Shown: piece by piece, positions 9,245-16,478 of the stretch
How positions within the stretch are numbered: the first letter of the stretch is position 1
Layout: every line of letters starts with the position of its first letter
Virus record (IMG/VR): IMGVR_UViG_3300032309_001794
DNA: 20,000 nt
Strand: one strand, 5' to 3'
Source: an uncultured virus (IMG/VR IMGVR_UViG_3300032309_001794)
Taxonomy: Duplodnaviria; Heunggongvirae; Uroviricota; Caudoviricetes
Translations under genes and position numbers: made by a program
Notes under the pieces: model-generated
What the model was told of the DNA's origin: nothing
The model's database searches: none
What the model saw: the letters and a program-made list of their open reading frames with translations, nothing else

Positions 9245-9526
9245 ATGGAAAACACAGTAGAAACAAATTCAACAGAAGCACCAGAATTGCCTGAAGCACC
9301 AAAAATTAAAGCAGCTTTTGTAATTGCAATTGGAGAAGATGGCTCCGTGTTTTTAGAGCGCAACACTCAGGCTATAACTATTCCAGTAGAGCGTGAAGCA
9401 TCTATGATTGAAATTCGCCGCTACCTTTCTGAAATCCTTATGGATCTTCAGGCACAAGCTGCTGCAGAATATACTTTGACAGCATTATCACAAGTTCGTG
9501 CGCCACAAGCGCCTGACCAGGCGTAG
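9245..9526 (+). CDS. Hypothetical protein
   Basis: 93 aa ORF with SD AAGGAG. Confidence 0.75.
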   Translation: MENTVETNSTEAPELPEAPKIKAAFVIAIGEDGSVFLERNTQAITIPVEREASMIEIRRYLSEILMDLQAQAAAEYTLTALSQVRAPQAPDQA

Positions 9527-9539
9527 GAGTATTGGGTCA

Positions 9540-9764
9540 ATGTATGTAGAATTGGTTTGCTCATGTGAGGCATCCTTAAGCATTGACTCAGATGGCGACG
9601 CAAATGAAACTGTTTGGGCTTTGACCTGGCGTTTTTCCAACGCACATGTAGAATGTGGGTTTATCTCTCCTAGCAAACCTGCTGAAGAAGATAACGAAAT
9701 TTATAAAAAACGTGGTCTTAAAGCCAAAAAACTAGTCGAGGAAGAAGAGGATGAGGATGATTAA
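9540..9764 (+). CDS. Small Cys/His protein with acidic tail
   Basis: Start moved to ATG 9540 (SD AGGAG). Contains CSC...HVEC and ends EEEEDEDD. Confidence 0.7.
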   Translation: MYVELVCSCEASLSIDSDGDANETVWALTWRFSNAHVECGFISPSKPAEEDNEIYKKRGLKAKKLVEEEEDEDD

Positions 9765-10689
9765 TGATTTTAATTCCTTTAGCGATGTAGACGTTCAGCC
9801 AAGTTCTACATCATACTTCAGTGAGCCTTCTTCTGGTCTTGATCCAAAATTGTTTGAAGGAATGCACCTACGGTCTTGGGTCCGTAATAGCGTTTTAAGA
9901 ATTCTCTTTGATCATTTAGCAGTAATGTACCAAGAGCCTAACCTTTGGGTATCAGCTTGGTTGGCTGGCTCTGGTGTGTCTTACCAGTGGGAAAGTGCAC
10001 GACAGCCCGGCGATTTAGATTGCTTAGTAGGTATTGATTACGTAAAGTTCAGACGAACAAACTCTGATTTTACGGGCATGTCTAATGAAGAAATTGCAGG
10101 CATGTTTAACGAAGAGTTTGCAAATCAAGTTATGCCTAAGACTTCTAATTGGGAAGGGTTTGAGCTAACTTACTATGTAAATCCACAATCAAACATAGTT
10201 GATATTAACCCTTACGCCGCTTACGATTTAATCAATGATGGTTGGACTGTAAAACCTTCACAGGACACTAGTCCTCCATATTCCCGTGTTTGGGGACAAA
10301 GTGTTGAACGCGATTACAATACTGCCATAGAGCTTGTAAACAGATATGGACAGGCCCTTGCAGAATTTAGAGGGTCAACCAGCTCTGCTAATAGAGTGAA
10401 CGCTGAACGTAAATTACAACTAGCTATTGATCAAGCAGCTGATATGTACGAAAACATACACCATGGACGCAAGATAGCTTTTAGTAAGACTGGTGCAGGT
10501 TACGAAGATTATCACAATTATCGTTGGCAAGCTGGTAAGCAGTCTGGAATTGTGCAGGCTCTTAAAATGATTAAAGATTATAGAGATGCTGCTCGTAAAA
10601 GCGACGAGCTAGAAACTTACGGAATTGAGCTGCCAACCCCAGACACTTTAATTAGGCGCACAATATCGCATAAGAGTCCTTTACAATGA
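9751..10689 (+). CDS. DNA polymerase beta-superfamily nucleotidyltransferase
   Basis: hGS-x-DhDh motif WLAGSGVSYQW...GDLDCLVGID. Third acidic residue is probably in FELTYYV. Helical C-terminal domain. Alternative start at 9757. Confidence 0.8.
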   Translation: MRMINDFNSFSDVDVQPSSTSYFSEPSSGLDPKLFEGMHLRSWVRNSVLRILFDHLAVMYQEPNLWVSAWLAGSGVSYQWESARQPGDLDCLVGIDYVKFRRTNSDFTGMSNEEIAGMFNEEFANQVMPKTSNWEGFELTYYVNPQSNIVDINPYAAYDLINDGWTVKPSQDTSPPYSRVWGQSVERDYNTAIELVNRYGQALAEFRGSTSSANRVNAERKLQLAIDQAADMYENIHHGRKIAFSKTGAGYEDYHNYRWQAGKQSGIVQALKMIKDYRDAARKSDELETYGIELPTPDTLIRRTISHKSPLQ

Positions 10690-11162
10690 CAGCACTTATT
10701 TCAATTGAAGGTGTTTTAAGAAAGCCCAATAAAGATCCAATACCTGAAGGATTTAAACTTCTTAGAACTTTGGTTGTTTCTTATCGAGTAGTTTTGTCTA
10801 CTGACAGCAATGAAGCAGAAATAAACCACTGGTTAAAAACTAACTATTTATTTGATTACTCAGATGTAATGGATAGTTCACATTTCTATGCAGGTCAAGA
10901 TTATAAAGCTAGACATTTAGAGCTTGCCCGCACCCAGGGTAAAGTAGAGATTTATGTAGATGCTGATCCAGACGCCTGTGCAGCAGCTTTAGCACAAGGC
11001 ATACCTACTCTTTTATTCTCTAGCCCTAAGTATTTCCCGTCTTCTCGTGAAATACGTCCTTGGGACACAATTACAAAAGAACAAGAAAGACAGAAGCAAT
11101 TAATTGCTGAAAAATATGCAAAATTAAACAGCAATGATAGCGAAGGCTTCCGATTTGAATGA
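10686..11162 (+). CDS. HAD-superfamily, PNKP phosphatase-like domain with degenerate motif I
   Basis: ISIEGVL in place of hDhDGTL; PIPEG; VVLSTD (motif II); K; IYVDAD (motif IV); GIPTLLF. Confidence 0.7.
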   Translation: MTALISIEGVLRKPNKDPIPEGFKLLRTLVVSYRVVLSTDSNEAEINHWLKTNYLFDYSDVMDSSHFYAGQDYKARHLELARTQGKVEIYVDADPDACAAALAQGIPTLLFSSPKYFPSSREIRPWDTITKEQERQKQLIAEKYAKLNSNDSEGFRFE

Positions 11163-12634
11163 GTGAGCTAATCTTTTTGGGCGGTGAAGTTCCCTCTCAC
11201 AGAAATCTACTTATTGCTACAGGTGCTTCATCTATTGGCATTAATTATTGGGCCTTAAAAAGACGCGGTTTACCTAAAACTAAAGACTATTTACTTTCAG
11301 AAAGATATCCTGAAGAAACAAAGATTTACGCAGATAGTGGCGTTTCTAGCAGCTTAAAGTCAAATTTGTCACTTATGGAGCTCGAGGCGTACTGCGAGGA
11401 ATATCAAGAGTGGATATCTATTAATGAGGAAAGACTTTCTGGGGCAACTGAGTTTTCTCATCCTATTCTTGGAGAAGACTGGATTGAAAACCAAAGAGAA
11501 AGCTTTTGGAGCTACACAACCCCAGGAATATTCTGGCCTTTGTGGAGTGTAGAGCAAGGACCTGTAGAGCTTCTAAACCTTGCTACAGAGTATGGACACG
11601 TTGCTATACCTGGAGCAGCCATAGAGACTGAACTAACCTTAGCGTCCCGCGTAAGGGCTATAAAGAGCCAATATGACGTAGACATACACGGCATTGCTTG
11701 CGCTAAACCAGATAACCTAAGGCAAATACCTTTTACCACCGCCAGCACTATGTCGTGGCTAAGTCCCATGATGCGCGGAGAAACCATCGTATGGGATGGT
11801 AACAAGCTTGTCCGGTACCCTAAAAAAATGAAGTCTCAAGCCCGCCCACGGTATAAGAGAATCATTGAGAGTGCCGGACTTGATTTTAGTAAGATAATGG
11901 ATGATGACCCTAACGAGGTAACCCGCCTTGCAATTTGGTCCTACTTGCAATTGGAGAAAACCTTGGATAAAAATCGCCCTATGTTATCTGATAACAGTGA
12001 TGACATGGATGACCCAGGTTCTGCGGAAACAGGGGGTGCAAACCCTGATAATAGAGTGGTCCATGTGCGGAAAGAATTAGCCCCTAGGGAGCCCTCAGAG
12101 ACACGTACACTGCCTGTATTTGGGGTCGAACAACGCACCATTATGGACAAAGATGCGTCCGGTAGAGACGTTCTCAGAGACGCTCCTGTATTGTCCTCAA
12201 ACTCACAATCTTTACGTCAATGTGACACCTGTTTTGTGGCTGCAAACTGCCCTGCTTTTACCCCACAAAGTGCTTGTGCATTTAACCTTCCAGTGGAAGT
12301 AAAGACTAAGGATCAACTGCGTTCATTGCTTAATGCAATTATTGAAATGCAGGCCGGAAGAGTAGCATTTGCAAGGTTTTCTGAAGAATTAAACGGCGGC
12401 TATCCTGACCCAAATACCGGCCAAGAAATCGACCGACTGTTTAAGATTGTAGAGCAATTAAAGAAGCTAGAATCTAATAATGAGTTTGTTAGAATGACCG
12501 TAGAGCGTCAAACTTCTGGCGGTATTTTAAGTAACTTATTTGGGGATAAAGCAAGTGTTTTGAACCAACTTCCAAACGATGGATTGTCTGAAGAATCCGT
12601 CACTGAGATCATCATTGATCAAATAGAGGGCTAA
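11159..12634 (+). CDS. TGT/DpdA-like TIM-barrel protein (divergent) with C-terminal Cys4 cluster and helical domain
   Basis: IYADSG, WPLW, VAIPG, IHGIA and TASTMSW occur in the order of the phage TGT-like motifs (lDSG, PVwH, vaiG, iHglG, SvDSssW). Followed by CDTC-x5-C-x8-C. Confidence 0.6.
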   Translation: MSELIFLGGEVPSHRNLLIATGASSIGINYWALKRRGLPKTKDYLLSERYPEETKIYADSGVSSSLKSNLSLMELEAYCEEYQEWISINEERLSGATEFSHPILGEDWIENQRESFWSYTTPGIFWPLWSVEQGPVELLNLATEYGHVAIPGAAIETELTLASRVRAIKSQYDVDIHGIACAKPDNLRQIPFTTASTMSWLSPMMRGETIVWDGNKLVRYPKKMKSQARPRYKRIIESAGLDFSKIMDDDPNEVTRLAIWSYLQLEKTLDKNRPMLSDNSDDMDDPGSAETGGANPDNRVVHVRKELAPREPSETRTLPVFGVEQRTIMDKDASGRDVLRDAPVLSSNSQSLRQCDTCFVAANCPAFTPQSACAFNLPVEVKTKDQLRSLLNAIIEMQAGRVAFARFSEELNGGYPDPNTGQEIDRLFKIVEQLKKLESNNEFVRMTVERQTSGGILSNLFGDKASVLNQLPNDGLSEESVTEIIIDQIEG

Positions 12635-12686
12635 AAAGTACTACCCTGATAACAAGCGTATTTCACCGTGAAATAGACTTGTGAAA

Positions 12687-12714
12687 TTGACATATAAAAA
12701 TATGTTGATACTGT
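12687..12714 (+). promoter_or_regulatory. Putative housekeeping-sigma promoter of nrdJ
   Basis: TTGACA (12687-12692), 16-nt spacer, TGn-extended TACTGT (12709-12714). SD AAAGGAGA at 12733-12740. Confidence 0.55.
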
Positions 12715-12744
12715 TATGCCATAAACACCTAAAAAGGAGACTAA

Positions 12745-14766
12745 GTGTTCTCATTTCACTTAAATGAAGACTTTGTAAATACATACGTAGACCGTCAGGT
12801 TCCATGGGGCTATACCGACGCCGGAGGCAACTCAGTAGGTGAAATTACTTTTATGCGTACATACTCTCGTCTTAAAGAAGACGGGTCTAAAGAGACTTGG
12901 GTAGAGGTATGCCGCCGGGTCATTGAGGGAATGTACTCAATTCAGAAAGATCATTGTAAAGATAACCGTCTCCCATGGAACGGCCATCAAGCTCAGGCAT
13001 CTGCCCAAGAAGCTTTTGACCGCCTGTTTAATCTGAAGTGGACTCCTCCAGGTCGTGGACTTTGGATGATGGGCACCGAGTATGTAATGTCTAAGCGTAA
13101 TTCTGCAGCACTTCAGAACTGCGCATTTGTATCAACTAACGATATGACTAAGGCTGATCCGGCTGCACCTTTTCGTTTCCTAATGGAGGCATCTATGCTC
13201 GGAATCGGGGTAGGTTTCGACACCAAGGGTAAAGACAAGGGTTTTGAAATATACAGCCCAGAACGTACTGATGATATTCACGTCATTCCAGATACCCGCG
13301 AAGGTTGGGTAGAGGCTATGGCTATGGTTGTAAATAGTTTCTTAAAGCCAGGACAAAAACTTCCAAAGTTTGACTTTAGTGAAATTCGCCCAGCGGGAGA
13401 ACCAATCAAAGGATTTGGCGGAACTTCGTCAGGACCAGCACCGCTCATTAAGTTACTTGATGCGCTAACTACAGTACTTTCTAAGGCAACTAACAAGTCA
13501 CTTGATTCAATTCTCATTACTGATATTTCTAATCTCATTGGTGTCTGCGTTGTGTCCGGCAACGTCCGCCGCTCAGCTGAGTTAGCTTTAGGTCAGCCAG
13601 ATGACATTGATTTTATTAATGCTAAGAATCCAGAGAAATTTCCAGATCGCAACTCGTACGATCCTAAAGCTCAGGGTTGGGGTTGGATGTCCAATAACTC
13701 TCTAGAAGCAACTGTTGGAATGGATTACTCTCCGTTTGTAGAGAACATTGCTCTTAATGGTGAGCCTGGATTTATCTGGCTGGATACTTCTCGCAAGTAT
13801 GGCCGTATTGGTGACCCAATTAATAACAAAGATTACCGGGTTGCTGGGTACAATCCTTGCGCAGAACAGTCTCTTGAATCATATGAATGCTGCACGCTTG
13901 TAGAAACCTACATCAATCGTCACGAAGATCTAAAAGATTTTATGCGTACTCTTAAGTTTGCATATCTTTATGCCAAGACTGTAACTCTCATCCCAACACA
14001 CTGGGAGCAGACCAACGCAATCATGCAGCGTAACCGCCGCATTGGCTGTTCAGTTTCAGGACTAGCAGCATTTGCTGATGTTAAGGGTCTTCCGGTACTA
14101 CGTGACTGGCTGGACAACGGCTATGACGAAGTACAAAAGTGGGACACTATGTATTCTGAGTGGTTGTGTGTACGTGAGTCAATTAAGACTACAACTGTAA
14201 AGCCGTCCGGCACTGTATCAATCCTTGCGGGTGAGACTCCTGGAGTTCACTGGCCAGTAGGTGGAGAGTACGTACTGCGTTCAATTCGTTTTTCAAAGAT
14301 TGACCCTATGGTTCCTTTATTTGAAAAGGCTGGGTATCTCATTGAGGATTCAGTAACCGATCCTGATAATACCGTTGTCGTGTACTTCCCAGTTAAGTCT
14401 GTAGCTGTACGCCCTGAAGGTGAAGTATCTTTGTTTGAGAAGGCTAACTTGGCGGCGTTTGCGCAGCAATACTGGTCAGATAACTCAGTATCAGTAACTC
14501 TCAGTTTTGATAAAGAAACAGAGGCAAAGCACGTAGGCACAATCCTTCACATGTACGAAGGCCGGTTAAAGACGGTATCGTTCTTGCCACAGGGTAAAGA
14601 CGTGTACCCACAGCAGCCTTACACTGAGATCTCAGAAGAAGACTACAAGTCTTACATTGGTAAGCTAAAGAAGATTAGCCTAAAAACTATCTATAAGAGC
14701 AAGGCATTAGACGCTGTGGGAGAAGCCTACTGCACCACTGATGCCTGCGAGATCCCTAGCGCATAA
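12745..14766 (+). CDS. nrdJ: Class II (adenosylcobalamin-dependent) ribonucleotide reductase, monomeric RTPR type
   Basis: PPGRGLW, LQNCAF, NVRRSA, NPCAEQ (thiyl-radical Cys), CCTLVE, TVKPSGT and the C-terminal CTTDAC redox pair. Confidence 0.95.
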   Translation: MFSFHLNEDFVNTYVDRQVPWGYTDAGGNSVGEITFMRTYSRLKEDGSKETWVEVCRRVIEGMYSIQKDHCKDNRLPWNGHQAQASAQEAFDRLFNLKWTPPGRGLWMMGTEYVMSKRNSAALQNCAFVSTNDMTKADPAAPFRFLMEASMLGIGVGFDTKGKDKGFEIYSPERTDDIHVIPDTREGWVEAMAMVVNSFLKPGQKLPKFDFSEIRPAGEPIKGFGGTSSGPAPLIKLLDALTTVLSKATNKSLDSILITDISNLIGVCVVSGNVRRSAELALGQPDDIDFINAKNPEKFPDRNSYDPKAQGWGWMSNNSLEATVGMDYSPFVENIALNGEPGFIWLDTSRKYGRIGDPINNKDYRVAGYNPCAEQSLESYECCTLVETYINRHEDLKDFMRTLKFAYLYAKTVTLIPTHWEQTNAIMQRNRRIGCSVSGLAAFADVKGLPVLRDWLDNGYDEVQKWDTMYSEWLCVRESIKTTTVKPSGTVSILAGETPGVHWPVGGEYVLRSIRFSKIDPMVPLFEKAGYLIEDSVTDPDNTVVVYFPVKSVAVRPEGEVSLFEKANLAAFAQQYWSDNSVSVTLSFDKETEAKHVGTILHMYEGRLKTVSFLPQGKDVYPQQPYTEISEEDYKSYIGKLKKISLKTIYKSKALDAVGEAYCTTDACEIPSA

Positions 14767-14779
14767 GAGGAAGTGCATT

Positions 14780-14845
14780 ATGGAACGTGACCCCTGGTGG
14801 AATCAACCAATGAGTACACCTATGTATGAAGATGACGAGGATTAA
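14780..14845 (+). CDS. Possible microprotein (21 aa)
   Basis: MERDPWWNQPMSTPMYEDDED* with GAGGA upstream. Fills the gap between nrdJ and the next ORF. Confidence 0.45.
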   Translation: MERDPWWNQPMSTPMYEDDED

Positions 14846-14847
14846 AA

Positions 14848-15060
14848 ATGGTTAGTTATGATGATATGGATGAACGTCTTTCAGCATTAGAAGGAATGCT
14901 GGATGTATCTCTTCGTTTAATTACTATAGAGAAAAAACTTGATTTTCTATCCGGACTTGTAGGTTCCATTAGAGGCACACGCACTCCGTCAAGTGTACCT
15001 ACGTCAAATATAAATGGTGAATATAACAAGCACGGCAACTACCAGCCTGCATACAAGTAA
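14848..15060 (+). CDS. Hypothetical protein, short coiled coil
   Basis: 70 aa ORF with SD GAGGA; last gene of the + block. Confidence 0.65.
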   Translation: MVSYDDMDERLSALEGMLDVSLRLITIEKKLDFLSGLVGSIRGTRTPSSVPTSNINGEYNKHGNYQPAYK

Positions 15061-15091
15061 AAAAGGGCCCAAGTATGGCCCAACACAAACA

Positions 15092-15123
15092 AATAGCCCC
15101 CGACCATAAGGCCGGGGGCTATT
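15092..15123. terminator. Bidirectional intrinsic terminator
   Basis: AATAGCCCCCG...CGGGGGCTATT stem, followed by T-rich sequence on both strands, between the convergent blocks. Confidence 0.85.
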
Positions 15124-15131
15124 GTTATTTG

Positions 15132-15425
15132 TTAAAGGGTGTCTTCAGCTAACTGACGTTCTTCTAATTCTGATTTACAATTATGTGTATACACGAGGAT
15201 ATCATTAACGTCATCGTGACCAGGTACGTGTTCTCCACACGATATTAACTCAACGGATACTGTAGGAACATCTAACGACAATACACAGTCTAAAAGATAG
15301 GTATCATCGGGAACTCCCAATTTATCTGCAAGTTCTACAAACTTACGTACGTCAGCTAATGTTGGTTCTTGCATGTCATAAGTTACTTGTATGCTTGTCA
15401 TACTACTTAATGTTACTTTTGCCAT
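15132..15425 (-). CDS. Hypothetical protein
   Basis: 97 aa ORF abutting the upstream gene. Confidence 0.7.
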   Translation of the reverse strand: MAKVTLSSMTSIQVTYDMQEPTLADVRKFVELADKLGVPDDTYLLDCVLSLDVPTVSVELISCGEHVPGHDDVNDILVYTHNCKSELEERQLAEDTL

Positions 15426-15426
15426 T

Positions 15427-15915
15427 TTAACCTATTTCCTTTACTATTGAGCGTTCTATAACTAACGCTGGTTGTTGTTTTAAATCGGTAGGCCACAGAT
15501 AGGGAAGGTTATCTTCAACATCCCAACCAAATTTACCGTAGTACTCAGGGTCTTTACGAAGCAAGTTAGATCTATGAGAGTCAATTACATCTTGGTTTTT
15601 AATCCAATCTGGATATATAACTTCCCCGTTACTAAGTTTTAATGCTTCCGTTAAAAAGTCCATAAATTTATCTTTACAGGTGTCTTTGTAACCTCTATTT
15701 TTCCATTCATAGCACATTTCTAACCCATACATACATAAAGCTGTTTCGTAGCCTTTCCACATTTTTGCAGCTGGGTGGTTGACCCAACCTACGGTGTAGC
15801 CTAGGTTGGCTTTAAGAATTTGTATTGCCTCTACCCGTTGTTTTCCTAGACGTTTGTAGTCAAGAATTGTAGCTGAAACATAAAAATTCTCATCAGGTAA
15901 AAAAGTGTTAACCAT
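15427..15915 (-). CDS. Pyrimidine dimer DNA glycosylase / endonuclease V-like (MSMEG_6728 family)
   Basis: NTFLP, LD.KRLGKQRVEA.QIL, GW.NHPA..MW.GYE.AL, EW..RGY.DT, SHRSNLLRKDPEYY, LPY.WP. Confidence 0.9.
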   Translation of the reverse strand: MVNTFLPDENFYVSATILDYKRLGKQRVEAIQILKANLGYTVGWVNHPAAKMWKGYETALCMYGLEMCYEWKNRGYKDTCKDKFMDFLTEALKLSNGEVIYPDWIKNQDVIDSHRSNLLRKDPEYYGKFGWDVEDNLPYLWPTDLKQQPALVIERSIVKEIG

Positions 15916-16097
15916 TAAACCTCAATTTTATTTGATTTAACTTGATCAATTATTTCTTGCAGACGGCTGATACCTACGTACATATGCTGAGGTACAGCGT
16001 CTTTACGCGCTTCAGCCATAATTAAATCACAAATACTTGCAATTAAATCATTGGTGTGATTAATTATTGTTTCTACTGTTGGATATTTTTCACCCAT
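15915..16097 (-). CDS. Small helical hypothetical protein (60 aa)
   Basis: Start moved to ATG 16097 (MGEKYPTV...), which has SD AAGGAG. Overlaps the hicA-like stop by 8 nt. Confidence 0.7.
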   Translation of the reverse strand: MGEKYPTVETIINHTNDLIASICDLIMAEARKDAVPQHMYVGISRLQEIIDQVKSNKIEV

Positions 16098-16380
16098 TTG
16101 ATTGCTCCTTTTTCTTTGTAGACGTGCCCTTAAATATAGACACGTCAAACCCTATTTGACGTAGAGTCATGTACATGTTTTCCCGTTGACGACCATTACC
16201 AGCTGGTGTAGATGGAATGGTTGCTTGTTGCCCCGTCTTTAGGTTCTTAATCTTTATGTGCTTGTTACCTTTTTTAGTGCATTCAAAACCTGCGCGATCT
16301 AACTCACGCACAACTCTTCTTATTTCTTTATTAGGGGAGATCATTGCAAGCGCAAATACCCCTGGTTTATTATTTTTCAT
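16090..16380 (-). CDS. hicA: HicA-like dsRBD-fold RNase/toxin
   Basis: KEIR.VV..L..AGF.....GNKHIKI......ATIPSTP, with the His in the GxxH loop retained. SD AGGAGG at 16385-16390. Confidence 0.75.
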   Translation of the reverse strand: MKNNKPGVFALAMISPNKEIRRVVRELDRAGFECTKKGNKHIKIKNLKTGQQATIPSTPAGNGRQRENMYMTLRQIGFDVSIFKGTSTKKKEQSNG

Positions 16381-16382
16381 AG

Positions 16383-16477
16383 TGCCTCCTATTGAAAATA
16401 GGCGGCAGAAGGACAGTACAGTACTTTTGCGAATAACCGACTTAGATTTCTTGCACCTTCAGCTGCCTCACCTATTT
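16383..16477 (-). promoter_or_regulatory. Structured tRNA trailer / hicA 5' leader with alternative pairings
   Basis: Segment 16396-16408 is complementary both to 16383-16393 (contains the SD) and to 16463-16477. Confidence 0.55.
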
Positions 16478-16478
16478 G

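Noticed and set aside
11988..12653. CTGATAA repeated at 11988, 12045 and 12646 (ACCCTGATAA twice) as a possible pac or binding site
   Set aside because: A short AT-rich word expected a few times by chance; it also occurs inside nrdJ. Not supportable without statistics.
12690..12705. Possible NrdR box upstream of nrdJ
   Set aside because: ACATATAAAAATATGT lacks the conserved C and G core of acaCwAtATaTwGtgt.
12745..14766. Intein or intron in nrdJ
   Set aside because: A continuous 673-aa ORF of normal size with all motifs in order and no splice-junction signatures.
1479..15038. Track ORFs on the - strand or in alternate frames within the + block (e.g. 1479-1748, 2010-2243, 2287-2526, 2342-2587, 5720-5947, 6405-6665, 8260-8709, 9028-9366, 11512-11805, 12120-12302, 13278-13562, 14247-14540)
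   Set aside because: Shadow ORFs overlapping better-supported genes, with no recognisable motifs.
15065..15081. GGGCC-x7-GGCCC small hairpin
   Set aside because: Only 5 bp, and adjacent to a much stronger terminator.
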